A stretch of DNA of 64,000 nt, from contig CM119375.1 of the NCBI GenBank assembly GCA_051294905.1, positions 12,090,001 through 12,154,000 on the forward strand. Direction: 5' to 3'. This document shows, in pieces, positions 1 to 13,400 of the stretch (its first letter is position 1; the number at the start of each line of letters is the position of its first letter). Source of the stretch: Botryllus schlosseri. Its lineage: Eukaryota. The notes beneath the pieces were generated by a model. That model had not been told where the DNA came from. It made no database searches and was given only the letters and a program-made list of their open reading frames with translations. The position numbers and the translations under genes were made by a program.

Positions 1-254
1 GTACTTGATACGTTATGTTTGAGTCGCGTTCACGTGACAACGCCCAGCGTCCAATTTTATTGCCAACATAGTGAAATGCTATGACGTAACCGTCACTTTT
101 GACGTCACAATGTTTTGGGTGCAATGTTGAAGGTGGGCGAGAGCCCCATTTTGGTCCTCCCTCAGTGCCATTCTTTACAATGCGGCACAGCAACTCTTCA
201 AAAATCATGATGAATTAATCTGAAAGCGACTGAGTATTGTTGACTTATTTTTAG

Positions 255-751
255 CGCACGCAATCAAAGACCCAGTAAAGACTCAGCCGTCTCCCGCTGA
301 CACCATTGCAAATCCGTCCCCTGTTGAAAACAACCCCGTCCCCGTAATGTGCCCTAGTATGATGCTCATCAAACACAACCCGTCGCCCAACGCGGGCGGC
401 CGTACCCGGCGGCCACAGGGCATCACCAAAGCCAGAATGCAGCAACGCCATTTACAGCACCGGGCCGAAAACCGTAACTCTGATACCTGCGGTCTTGCCG
501 TATCGTCCGACCGCGCGCCCGGAGAATTTCGTGTAAACCCGCTGGTCTCCGGTAAGGGAGATTTGTCGGGTTGTTCGAAAACTTTACCCAGAGTGCAAAC
601 GCTGCGAGAGCGAGTGTTTGCGGAACTGCGAAACAGAAAGAGTCGCCGTTTGGAAAACGGCGAACGTAAGCTGAACCGGTGCTCGACCGACGGGATTTTC
701 ATCAGCGGTTTGCTGCGACTCGACTCGGAACGGGCGGACGACGCTTCGTGA
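255..751 (+). CDS. Probable terminal coding exon of a gene entering from the left; product unknown
   Basis: Acceptor TTATTTTTAG ends at 254. It is followed by about 165 stop-free codons (HAIKDPVKTQPSP...DSERADDAS*) that are clearly more GC/CpG-rich than the flanks. No domain recognised. Confidence 0.45.
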
Positions 752-988
752 CGTTGCTTGCATCTAAAGTGTCATGGCTTACACGGCGCGCATTATTTTC
801 ACGTTCTCGAATATGCGTATCGCGAATTTGCGACGTTTGGTTGTTTGTGCGTGGTGGTCGTCGACGACCGTTTGAGTTGCGATAAAAGAAATTTTGGTTG
901 AAGCTCGGTGTGTTTTTAATGGCGTGGTTAGGGAGAGGAGTTGGACCATGCTGCGACTTGTGAGGAGAGAGCTTCCAATGAATTAGAC

Positions 989-2809
989 CAGTGGTTCTCA
1001 ACCGGTGTGCCGCGAGCGATTTATTCGAAATTTTTGAAATTATTCGCTAAATAATTCTAGTCTATAGCAAACAATCAATAATCAAAAACGGGCACGATGT
1101 GAAGCTTGTACAGCTCATTTGACAAATCAAAATTATCGTCATGCCTGCAATGAATATCACCCGCGAATTCGCTTCACCCGACATAGCCTGCCATGAATGT
1201 TGCAATTAGTTTTGCACATTGCGTTGATTAAACGCAGAGAAGAGCAGACATGGCGGCGCCCATGACAATGCAGTTTTCAGATCCTCATCGTCCTCTTAAT
1301 CACCACCGAGAAATGAATTCCTTTGGAAGTGATGTTCACGTTCACAAATTCGAATTACAGACAATAAACATCCACATCGCGATTGTTTGGAAGCGTGTCG
1401 GCACTACTGTTAAAATGTAGACTGGGAGCGCAACGTTATGTTACCGGTGTCGACTTTGAGAATTGAGAAGTAAAGTTGATCTAATTACATCAGTTAACAA
1501 ATTTCCCGCCACTGCGGTTATTATCCAAATTTTAGGAACAATAATTGAACTGCTGGTGGATGCCCCTGCCAGTAGAACTATTGAGGCATTGCTATCGTCA
1601 CGCGTGCTATACGATCTGCGTGGAAATGCGTTTGACATCCTTGTATGTATACACCTCTAAGCAGTGGTGGCTTTTGGGGTGGGCGGTATCCCGCCCCCAC
1701 TGGTCGAAGGCCCCCACTCTTTAGTTTAAACTCTTTTTCGGGGGTTAGAGCGAATAGACGTGAAAATCCGTCTACCAATCAAGAAGATGATTCCGTACAG
1801 ATGGGTCAATCATCAAATCTTCGCATTTGTTAGAAAAGTCCCATATTCCGATAATCATCAAGTCTCTGCATGCGGTAGAGGTTCTTAGTTTTGATGTAGT
1901 GTATCCTTGCAACCATGCGATAATAGTTCAAATCTTGATGTGGCATGCTGGCTTATTACTAATGTCAGCTAATAGCTTTCCAAATTAGTGTGGTCTATTT
2001 AGCCTGCAGCATTTGTATCACTATTCTATTTAGGCCTGCTTCGAAGCCGTGTTATCGTATCATATACACATCACGTAATTCCGTTCTATTTGGAGCACTA
2101 ATACAAAGTTGATAATAATAGACGCGAAATGGGGTCTGGGATGCGGAGACCCCCGGAAGCTGCGATTTCATACTTATAGGGCTACCGGAAGTCTCGCCCA
2201 GCCCCCCCCCCCCAATCGTAGAGCCACAAGCCTATAACCATCGTTATTGGTTTGTGGCGATCGTGCTTGGCCTCTCCGGAACGATGATCAATGACATCGA
2301 CAATGCGGTAGTAGGTAGAGTTTACTGTCAAACAAATCTTATGAAATATGGTATATAAGCGCAGGCCAAAGTTCCAAGATCGCGGCAGGCTAGTTGTGAG
2401 CGCAGAGGTAATAGCTAAAAATTCAAATCCTCACACGGGAGCGAAGAAAGTTATTCTTCGGCTTGAAATATATTTGCCAAATAATCTTTGGGACCGAAGC
2501 TGCGGAAGAATTGAAAATGATTCCGATGTCAAATTATGCCATTCGTAGACGTATTTGTGACATGGCCGCAGATATAGAAGATTACGTAATTTCGTCTTTG
2601 AAGCTGAGCAAATCCTACTTGAGTGATCGTAAAAGCTGGAAGTACTTCGCCAGAAACCGAGTCTGTACGACTGTGGGTGCTGTTAAGTACGCTGGTAGTT
2701 CTCAGGTGTCGTACGCCAAAATATGTTGAGAACCACTGTGCTATGTGTGCCGCGAACTATTTATCCTTTTCAAAGGGTGCCACGAGGTCAAAAAGGTTGA
2801 GAACCACTG
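989..2809 (+). mobile_element. Decayed hAT (Buster/Charlie-type) DNA transposon
   Basis: TIRs CAGTGGTTCTCAACC / GGTTGAGAACCACTG. Perfect 8-bp TSD AATTAGAC at 981-988 and 2810-2817. An internal ORF at 2463-2729 (EELKMIPMSNYAIRRRICDMAADIED) resembles the K.IPLSN.T..RRI..MA.DIE segment of Buster-type transposases. Confidence 0.9.
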
Positions 2810-3678
2810 AATTAGACGCTTAGCGTATTTGCCATTAGAAATGTAATGAACGGTATCATAACCAAAGCGATGCATCAATATGGTATTATTATATTCGAAA
2901 TGTTTCACTGAATATGACTAGGAATTGCAATATACAGCACTCGGTATTGATTTGTTCGGGTAGGAATAGGTTAAGATGTGGCTCGCCTCATGGACGCTGG
3001 AAGTGCCGAATTCACTGGTAACCTAATACAGAGAGCTTGTGCGTTCTTGCCGTTTGACGCGGTTTATTATTTATCGGATTTTTTATCGGCGGTGACGCGT
3101 TAAAACGGCTATATAGGAGTCAAGTCGGAGAAATGACCTTTCTTTTTTTCAGTCAACCCACGGAAATTTAGTTGCAAAACTGTAAAATTCGACATCAAGC
3201 CGACAAGTTGGCCTTTTTTTTAGTCAATCCGCCGATGAATACAGATTGTACACCGATTTTCCCGTTCACAAAATCTGGGGGGCGATGATCGGCGTTGGTC
3301 TTGAAAAGGGGGCGATGAGTCGAAAAAGGTTGGGAACCACTGGACTAAATGCTTCTGCTCTTTCGAAGTACTCAAATGCGGTTAGTCTACCTTTACTACT
3401 TGCTCAAACGGTTGCGAATTTAGATTACGTCAACAGTTGAATTTGAATCCGCACTACTCGCTTTTACCTATAAGATTTGTCAGTTAGAATGTAGAAAACG
3501 GATATATTATTCGCATCGCTTTCGTGAGTTTGAAAGTCAAGAAAACTGTGCGATGCAGCGCGAGCCTGCACGACAGTAGGCCTAACAGGTAACGATAGCA
3601 TCGAAGGTTGTAAATATTTGTCTTATTCACGAGTATGTGGAAGAGTCATATTCAGTCTCTAGACTCTAGAGTCTAGAC

Positions 3679-4791
3679 TAGGGTTGCCATACGTCCGGAA
3701 TTTCCCGGACATGTCCGGAATTTCACTGAAAAATCTGCGTCCGGGAGGAATTTCTAAAATATGCCTAAATGTCCGGAATTTTGAAGGGTTGAGGTAGGCT
3801 CAAAAGTTTTTCGTAAATCAACATAAACAATATTTTTTCCAAGCAGATTTATGATATTTGAAATTCTTCTTCGCGCTGCGCGCGAGGTAATGCAACGTAT
3901 ATTGATATTAGTATGGGCACCAGGCACCACATTCGCCAAAAAATGCAATCAAAATAAATATAAATTACCATCATTTACTGAAATAAGTCTAATGGTAATC
4001 GAAATTATAAGCAAACGGTATAATACTAGATTTGGTCAAGGCGGATTGGATGCTTAGTCACAGATAGTGGTTCCAAATCTTGGGGTCGTTTACCTTTATC
4101 TGGGGATCGCGATGATGTTGGACGTAATCACCGTCCTAGGCCGGGAGTAAGTTTGGGCAAGTTGATTTTTTTTAGTAATCAGCTTATCAAAAGTTTTTAG
4201 CTGGGCCACGGAACATTTTTAAGTTTGAAATGAGGTCGCCACTATTAAAGGTTGGAAATCACCGGATGTGCAACCTGCTGGTGCATTTTATAGTGGCCTA
4301 ATGGAAGAATCAATATTATTGAAGAATTCATTCATAAACTTTCACAGCCAAATGCATATAGTAATTGCGCAAGAAGTTACATCGATTACCCTGTGGTGGG
4401 TTAGATATCAGTGCTTTTTTTTGGACGGAAGGGGGCGGAAAAAATGTTGTTTCGGACCTGATTAAAATAAAAACACACAATGAGATAGCCGCGCCAAACT
4501 AACAGTATAGCAGGGCTGTCAAACACAATCCCGACAGTCCAAACACGGCCCGCCAGACCAGTGGAGAAATCTATTGCACGCCATAGCAAGTAGCAATCAC
4601 CAGAGCTCACAAATTTACAGAGGGCCCAATTCATGACCTATGTTTCACTCCATTCCTGTATACAGTCGTTTGACAACGCTTTGCTAGTGTGACGTCATAT
4701 TGTCATTCAATGTGTTATACCTCATTTTTAAACCCGCTAGTGGGCGCTAAAGAGTGTCCGGAATTTGCTTCACAAAAATATGGTAACCCTA
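3679..4791. mobile_element. Non-autonomous hAT element (TAGGGTTGCCATA ends) with nested MITE fragments
   Basis: TAGGGTTGCCATA...TATGGTAACCCTA. Perfect TSD GTCTAGAC at 3671-3678 and 4792-4799. The first ~250 bp match the reverse complement of about 63400-63657. Confidence 0.85.
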
Positions 4792-4817
4792 GTCTAGACG
4801 CATGTGTGGCCTGTTCT

Positions 4818-5081
4818 ACCGAGCGAGATAGTGTAATGGTTATGCGTCCGGCTTCTCGAGCGGTAGGTTGTGGGTTCGATCCCCGGCCGGGTCATACCAA
4901 AGACTCGAAAAATGGTATCCGCAGCTATCCTGCTAGGCGCTCAGCAATCACGGGTAGCATGGAGGAGAAAAAAAAACGGGGGCGCAGACTAGATGACCTC
5001 ATGGGGCCGTATCGCAACTCCGTCGCCAAAGCATCTCGATGGTGCAGGCGAGAAAGAATATCATATCTCTCTCTCTCTCTC
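4818..5081 (+). mobile_element. tRNA-derived SINE
   Basis: Pol III A-box TAGTGTAATGG and B-box GGTTCGATCCC, ending in a (TC)n tail. TTCTAC lies on both flanks. A second copy is inverted at about 60619-60841. Confidence 0.8.
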
Positions 5082-5139
5082 TTCTACAGCCTTAGACGTT
5101 TCATGCCAGTCTGGGTTCTTCTGATACTCTTTAAACCTT

Positions 5140-5886
5140 AATCCAATTGAAGTTACAATATGGCATCCTCTATTGGAGGCTGCCAGTAAAACTGCACTTG
5201 AGCCACTGCAAAAACTACAACATAACGTACTCCTTATCATAGCTAGGGGCCTGGTTGTCCGTGTCCGTAATGTCCATCCAACAAGTCGCTGCTGAAGAGA
5301 TTCGGCGTCCTAAACATAGAAGATATGCGGAAACCAGAAATCACCTAGTTGATTTATCAGTTCCATTCCACTGCGGTCATTGCCCCGAATATTTCAATGA
5401 CGTCTTTACGTCGGAATCAAAAGCGTACAAGTGCAACACACGCGCGTCCACGTCGTCCAAATATCATATGATCGACCGAAAAGATCATCGCTGTATCAAA
5501 TATGCCGGACCTGACGTGTCGAACAGTATCCCGTCGGCCATCCGACAGTCGACGAGCATGTCCACATTCAGGTAAAAATACAAGCAATTTCTACTAAATA
5601 AATACTAGTCCGCCGTCAAGATTACCGGACCACGCCTGACCTATCGACCTCGCCTTCAGTGACATGTCACCCCATTGTGTCGCTTGCTTTTGTATACTAT
5701 CATTTTTTACTTTTCATTCAGTGTGCAACTGTGCAATTGTGCATGCCTTCTCTTTACATCGCCTAGGCCAAGGTGGGTGTCTGATTCCAAAGACTACTTC
5801 AAGTCTTTTCGACACCTTCCTTTTTTCATTGTATCGGATTTTTTGTGGCGTATTAAACTGATAAATATTGCTAATAAACCGAACTA
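5140..5886 (+). mobile_element. 3' fragment of an L2/CR1-group LINE (end of ORF2 plus 3' UTR), frameshifted
   Basis: Translates across frameshifts as LQYGILYW..ASKTALEPLQKLQ ... CNTR ... IKYAGPDVSNSIPSAIRQSTSMSTFR*KYKQFLLNKY, the usual post-RT C-terminus of this LINE group. AATAAA near 5871. Confidence 0.75.
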
Positions 5887-6880
5887 ATGTAGCCTGTAAT
5901 TTAGAAAACTGACAATAGCGATTGACGAAAATCTACGAATTCAAATCTACTTCTTTAACTACCTGATGTCTCGGAACTTTCGCCTTCTACTTTGTTGTAT
6001 GAGCTTCCGCATACATCGCCTGAATAAGCATTGGGACTGACAGTAAACCGCGCGATGTGCAAAGAATTCCCAGTTATTATAGTATGCTAAATATATTGCC
6101 GTACTTTGTAATGAATAATCACAATCTGTGAAAACTAAAGGATGCATTGTATACAGCTCCATGTTTGGCCGCGAGTTCGAGGGAGCAACATTTATAATAA
6201 ATGTCTTCAATGAACGATATCCAAGATGACACGCCACTAACTGCGGGTGTTAATCCATTGACAGCGATACAATCATATAACTGATCCGCCAGTCGGAGAT
6301 TGCACAATAATTGACTTGCAAGAAACATGTTTTACAATTCCACTGATGTTGAATTGATGTCACGGCATCTTTGATCAAGAAACTCCAGCGTCAACATAAT
6401 TACTACTAGCCTGTATCAGGCTACTGATATATTGGTGAATTCTTCATAACGTTTGATGATCTGTTGATACTCGTAACGTATCTATAGCCCTTCTATCTCG
6501 CCTTCGCAATCAGTATCGGTATTGTAATATTGTCGTTAGTTTATTTAGCCGCAAAAGTGTATATCCACTGCGTGCCCGGTTTTAGTCAGATAAGAACAGT
6601 GTGATAGTAAAAAGGTTTGGGAAACCCTGGTTTAGACAACCGCATTTGTACGATAGATGGCACTGTTGAAACATATTTCGTTATATCCGTATTGGCTCCT
6701 ACGACACCGTTGTACTGCAACGGTTAAAATGAAAGGCGAATCATTCACCTTCTACCAAACGCTCAATTACTCGAATATGCCCTGCCCGAATTTCCTACCC
6801 GCAGCGAAATGCATCTCTAAACGCGCAGCTCGTCATTTACAATAAACTAACGCACGCCAACGGAAATTAGATTTTTTACT

Positions 6881-6886
6881 TTTATT
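6881..6886 (-). promoter_or_regulatory. Candidate polyadenylation signal of the ADAMTS gene
   Basis: AATAAA on the minus strand, about 590 nt downstream of the stop at 7474, in an AT-rich tract. Confidence 0.4.
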
Positions 6887-7473
6887 TCATTAAATAAATA
6901 ATTTAACACAAGAACTCGGCTTCGGCAGCGAACAGCTATTCGAAAACTTGGAGCCCAAGTATTCGGAAACAGTAAAGGAAATCTATATCAAAAATACCGC
7001 GAATCATCATACATAGTTGCAGCGAATGCGTAGAACAGAAAGAATGCGTATGATTTGATCAAAAATAGAGTGCTCGGAATTTTATAAAAAATTTAATTTC
7101 ACATAAAAGCAACGCAAAGTAGAAACGAGAGACAATCACTAAGGTAATCATGTCCATAAAAGATTATGAAGAAAGTACTCAATGAAGAGCTTGTTATCGT
7201 GTCGCGCGTCCCGAGTGAGACCGCCAGTGCAACCGGCGTAAGCCAATCGACATCGATTGTATTGCTGTAGTGTTCCCGTGCGATTTTGTCGGCCTTGAAT
7301 TCGGAATCGATACGCCCCGCATCTAACTGTGAAGGTGCAAGCAGCTCGCGCCAGCACTAGCATACATTGCGGTGTAGATGAGGCCCGGCATACCGTTCTG
7401 CGGGATCCGCCACTTTTCCTGTGCTTTTTCTCGCGCGACTTTCCATCGTAGAAAGCCGCAAGCTTCAAGTCGC

Positions 7474-10400
7474 TCAATTCGAACACGACTGACAACACAC
7501 CTTGCTGAAGTACGGCCTCTGACAGAATTTGAATTTCAACACCAGAGCGCAGTGCGTGAATTTCGGATCGTCGGCGCATTCTTCGCCAGCCGCCGACGCG
7601 GGCGGCGCCGTGGTCGCGCATTTAGAGCGGCACGACTTGACTGAAGGCGGCCTGCTGTGATGCGAGCACAGATTGCTTCTCTTCCTGTCGTGTGTCCGGC
7701 ACGATACCCGTCTTGTCCGCCGACCGTATCCGCATTTCGCGCTGCATCTCGACCATCTGCTGTAGACCCATCGCGGAGGCGGGCAGTGACCTGCGTTGCA
7801 TCTCGTGCTGGACGGAGGCTTGTGGCGTAGGTTGCAACGGCTGTTGGGGTAACTTTCAGTTCCGTCGCTTGACATGCAGACCACTTCGCGCTTCTTCCAG
7901 CCGATGCCGCATTTTGAGTTGCACTGTAAGCGAAATAAACATGTTTTTGAAACGGTTCGTTGGAGGTAACGTTTCGAGCGCCTGTTAGTTTCGAATGATA
8001 ATAATTGATGTGATGAGCCAGACGTGTAGTCGATGCACTTGAAATGTGCGCTTTTTGATGACATAGGCCAAATACTGCTCACTTATGCTGTATTTTGGCA
8101 ATTTACTGTAATTATAGCAGTTTGACACCACTTCTAAAGACGATTCTATAGTCTTTGACCAGAGGTAGTAAGTCACGAAGTACTTATCGTTTTCAGAGTA
8201 TTGAAAATGGTTTTGCCCACTTGCAACAATACCTACTCAAGCGGCACGTCCACTTCTACTAGGTTTTCATTTTCTTAGGCGAAACTAGACCTAGAATGCT
8301 TACTTATTGACTTCTCTCTGTACTTGTGTACAACTTTATCGCGTTACTTCCAATTCTACTTGAGTATACCGACGATGACTATTTTAAAAATCTCTGGGTC
8401 TCAACTAACATAAGTCACACTTCCGCGCAAGCTATATCATTTCATATCCGAAATACTCAAGTTAGAACGCGTGACATGTTATATTCTTAGTATAGCGAGT
8501 GGTAGATCTTACGGCTTACTCCATTAGCACCTTTTCACAGTGGATGCTCGGTCGATAACGTCAAGGAGTGAAAACAGCAGCAAAATAACCCAAGTAAACT
8601 TCATTAGCGGTGGAAGCTAAATCTCCCACAACGACCACAAAAGACTAATCCTGGACACAGAAGTTTGCAACAACACAAACGCGAGGTAAAACTCTCGATG
8701 ATTCACTACGTCAAAACAACACGGAGTTGTATTTTCAGCGATTGTCAGAACTAAAATGAGCGACGAACGAATGTAGGCTATTCTTGAGTTGGGTTTGAAG
8801 AAAACCTCTACCGATATCTCCGAATCGGAAGTAATGAGAATCGCGGAATGATGGGGACGCGTTATAGTTATATACACGCACTGTAAGGTGTAGTACCTGA
8901 GTCCACGTTCGCGCCACCCATTGCGGGGGACACACGTCCAGGTTGCAGTTCTCCGTCGAAACGGGAGTCTCTCCAGGGCAGAATTTGTTCGCAACAACTT
9001 CGTCTTCAGACTGCGATATTTTTCGTTGACAGTTGACAACACGAATTCTTTGCCCACCGCCGCAAGTCGCGCTGCAAGACTGCCATTCGCCGATATACCA
9101 CCTAAACCAAAGCGAAATTTAGGACACACGTTCGTTCGTGGGATGAAAATAATGACGTACTCTGGCCCGCAAGGCTCGATGTTGCAGTTTCCTATCTCTT
9201 CGGAAGGCATGGTGCTTTGATCACAGTAACTGTGTTGTACTTGACTGCCGTCAGTAGCGCGTTGGCAAATTACCATTCGACGGCGAGTGCCGCCAGCACA
9301 GGTGGCGGAACATTCAGACCATTCTCCCATGCTCCATACGAATTGCACGTCGTAATCGCCGCTGCTGGGGTGTTCCACTGGAACATTGTATTCGTAACGA
9401 ATTCCTTTGTTGGTTTCTTGTAGAAGTACCTATAAATATACGATAAGTAGCGTTAACAAAAGCCCTGTTTTCGTAATTACAAGATATATTACTCACCAGG
9501 ACTACTAAATCTTCGGTTGTAGGGCCGAGTGCTTTCAAAAACTCCGGGTCGGATTCGTCTCTTCCGTACGTGAATGTCGTACCAGCAGCATCAAACTTTT
9601 GCGCCCAATCGATGGTGTAGCCGCCGTTTAGATAATTATCCCCGCTCCGGCTTCGTAACGCTGTTAAAAATAACATTCCAGATGACACGGCTGAATAGGC
9701 ACTAGCTGGTGTGAAGCTTCGAAACTCACCGAGATAGTTCTGTTGAGAAACCAACACTTCGCTGATGTGAATGTGAACTGCGCCTTTCGGTATCATCGCA
9801 ATTTCTTCATACACTACAAAGAATGAAAAAGATTATAATATTTTCATTGTCAACCGGATGAAAGAATCCTGGGTGGTCTAAGCATGCGCGATTAATTCTT
9901 GAGATAGATTCCCGATAGACGAGACAGCATTCATGGGTATTTATAGGCGACCTAACGACACCGGCGTAAATGAGGCTATTGTTTTGGCAAGCGCACGCGA
10001 CCCGTAAGCACAATCTTCGTTAATAATATCGGAAATCCAACGACAACCTTGAACAAGCGTGAAATTTCATGTTAGAATGTGGGCGAGGGAAGATCTCGCA
10101 CTTTCGAAACGCTTTATCGCAGAGATCGCAATGACTCATTTCGTAGGAAATTTGTTTCGCCTCACCTCAAGTCATTCTTAAATACATGCACAAAGAAGAA
10201 ACGCAAGCGAAGCCGATTTTTGGTATGGAACGAGGTTTCCGTGGTTCACGGAGAAAAAGAGCGATATGAACAAACTATCCTTTTTAAACGTGACCGAATA
10301 GCTTTACTTCGCTACGTTCCGTCTATATGTAATATTTTTGTCACGCTCGTCTTTACCAAATTGTTTGTCCTTGAAGGTTTAGCTCTGTATAAAGCGTTTG

Positions 10401-13400
10401 TTCTTCCTCTGAGAATCATGACGTAATTCGAAGAAAAACGAACACAAACGAAGCAATTGTTCCGATAACTCTTATTCTCCTTGTGGTTTTTCTACCTCGC
10501 CGAGGAGGAATTTGAGTTAAATAGAGCAAGACTATGCAGCGTTCAGATTACTATCGCGGATAAACAAATGGCAGCGATAAATGCAGTGACCCATGGTCTT
10601 AATAAAGCCTTCATTCACCTCTAGCCGGATAGAAAAGCGGAAAGGCAGCACAAAAGGGAATTTGATTGAAATGCCGCCAGTGCTACCGATGAAAGAGTTT
10701 ACGCCCCGTAAAAATTGGCTTCGTAAAATTCGGAAATAGACCTCATGAAAGAACTTACGTCCTTGCATCCCGGGCGATTGGAACACGCCGTTAACCGTCT
10801 CGCAAGTGCTCCCGTCTCCGCCGCAGACGCGGCATTTGTCTTCGACCGCTTCCGAATGCAGCACTCCGTCACAACCAACGTGCTGCAGACAAAAGCAATT
10901 ACGTCATAAACGGAATTCCAAGTTGTAGCAAGTAATGGTACTGCCTACTGCCGTAAAATCGGATTCGCATAGCTAACTAAATTAGAAGCTATGTTATGTA
11001 TCTTCCGCTTCATCAATTATACATACATGGCAGTCTCCGTTGATGCACATATCCATGCTATCCGCGAAGCAGCGAGTGCCGTCAACCACAGCCTTGGCAC
11101 GTTCGGTGTAGAAGCTGTAACCTTCCGCTAAGCAGTTGAGTGCACACGGATTCACGTTGTGTCCTAGATGGAAGAATAACGAGATTGGGATTGATCATTA
11201 TAAATAGCAAGACCAACAGCAGCGCTTACCACCCACAAAAGGCCTCCAGTTGTAATATTTGCCTTGAAACGGATCCGCGTCGAATTGCGCGCATTGCTGC
11301 TCACGGAAAGACTTGGTAGTGGCGTTGCAGGCCTGGAACGACAAAAGTACGAATTATAGTCAAGGAAATCTCGTGGATTTACGACTATGACGTCGACGGC
11401 GGCGTCTCCGACTGATGTTAAGGAGATAATTTGATTAAACGATTGTAACGGCATGTGACCCAGATATGCACATGATTAACATATCCTCGCAGCTGCCCAC
11501 TCTACACGAACTGGAAACTTTCATCGAAAACATATCTCGCCCAAGTGCGCCTATCAATCGTCGAGAAAGATTTATCCAATCAATGAGACAGGCGTAAGTA
11601 TCATGTCAAATATGGCGTGAACTCTATGATGGGCACCAGACGGTCAAGTACTTTTTGACATGTTACAGTATTCTCACCTGTGCATTGCAAGTATGATACC
11701 GTCGCCTTTGACCGGTGCAATATTTCCCACCGTTTTGAGGTTCCGGGTTATTGCATTGACGGTACGACGAGCTAGCTCCGCCGCCGCATGTTCTTGAACA
11801 TTCGCTCCATTCACTCCACTGTCCCCAACCGCCATCTACGGAATTGGGACGCTGACCATAGGGCTCGCAACGACCTTGATAGCACCACTGAAAAGAATTG
11901 ACATTACATATATGACACTTGAAAGAAGATGATAACATTATGAAACATACCCCGTGCGCTATGTTTCTGGCTGTGTCAAAACACTTGGTGCCTTCCGCAG
12001 CCGGGATGCTGTTAGTGATACAACGTCCGTTTTGACTTACGCACCACAATACTTGACACGTGTGCTGAAAAAAGATTATTACATGAATATATGGAGGCTG
12101 AAGCCATATACAGTATTTTCGATTTGAAAGCACACAATCGGTTCAATTGATGACTTGACATATAATCCGGCTCGTGCGGCCTGCGAGCATAATAGGCTAC
12201 AGTGCAGATGGGAGAATTTGCTGCGTCCGCAAGTGCATGTAATCTTTGATGATAACATTAGGAGATTAGCGTCAACTTATTCTATAGATATATTGTGTCG
12301 ATAGCCTCTAAATGACGAGATTTTGAGATTTTCTATTTCAATATAAAACACTTACTCCGTAGTTGCATTGACGAGACTGAGGGCCGTATTGAAATCGGCA
12401 TTGTTCGTCGGCACTGTGTTGCTGTCCGGGCAATTCCTCAGGAAATTGAAAGTCTCGTCGCGGGGGACCGCCTCTTAAGCATTCACCAGACCCGGTGCTG
12501 CAAATAGAATTGTATTCAATGAATATATAAAGTTATCTTCAATAATATCGGAGTTAGCTATAAAACTATCATCATAGATGTGCCTACGTGATCTCACACA
12601 CAAGTAGACAATGCAAATCGGCTAGTAAACACGGTCACATGCTGCTTTGGTAAAATGTTAATAAATATACAGAGAATACTCACTCTAAAAACTCAGTGAT
12701 GTATGATCTGGAACACCGTGACCACGTGAAAGGCCTTGAGTTCTTCGAATATTGTGCTGCCATGATTTCCGCGGGCTCGCCGCTGCCCATTCCACAGTCA
12801 TTTCCATTCCCGTCGTGTTCCATACCGAAACTGTAATGTGAAGTACTATTTACCATCTCTGACTCCGGCAGTGTAAGGAATGATAAGGCCGCAATGACCG
12901 AATTCCGCTAAGGTGACATGGTGCACCGTGATGTGTTTTAGGTACCGGTAAGGTAAATAAAATCTTACTTGTGTCCCATTTCGTGGGCTATTGTGAAGGC
13001 GGAAGCAAGTCCAATATCTTCGTTGATATTACAACTCCTGCCTTGTTCGCACATGCCCGATACTGGAGCGAGACCTGTCAATCAAGACCGCATATAGTTT
13101 CAATTTCAAAGCGATGGGAGTTTGAATGTCTGGTAATCGGGTCTATTGTTTAAAGGCGGGGAATCCTATCACGTGTAACCTTGAATAAATCTGAATTTTT
13201 GCGGTGTGGCATATCTGTTTACTGAGATATTCCCGTGCATTGTATAGGTTAAGAACGTACGTCAGCAGAACGATGATCACGTAAAGGCATGACAGATAAC
13301 ATGAAGGCGGTGATGTATGCATGGCGGTGTTTTGATAAGCATCAGTTTAACACACAAATCTTACCTAGAGTTCCGCAAGGCTTGTTCTGGAACGTGCAGA

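Noticed and set aside
4818-4900. tRNA gene
   Set aside because: A and B boxes are present, but I could not form a cloverleaf; the sequence continues into a SINE body repeated at 60.6-60.8 kb.
7148-7988. ORFs 7148-7621, 7378-7644, 7622-7837 and 7692-7988
   Set aside because: Alternate-frame or antisense shadows of the GC-rich last ADAMTS exon and its UTR.
10079-10426. 115-aa antisense ORF with KKKRKR in ADAMTS intron 15
   Set aside because: No domain, splice or start-context support; length is within chance expectation for 64 kb.
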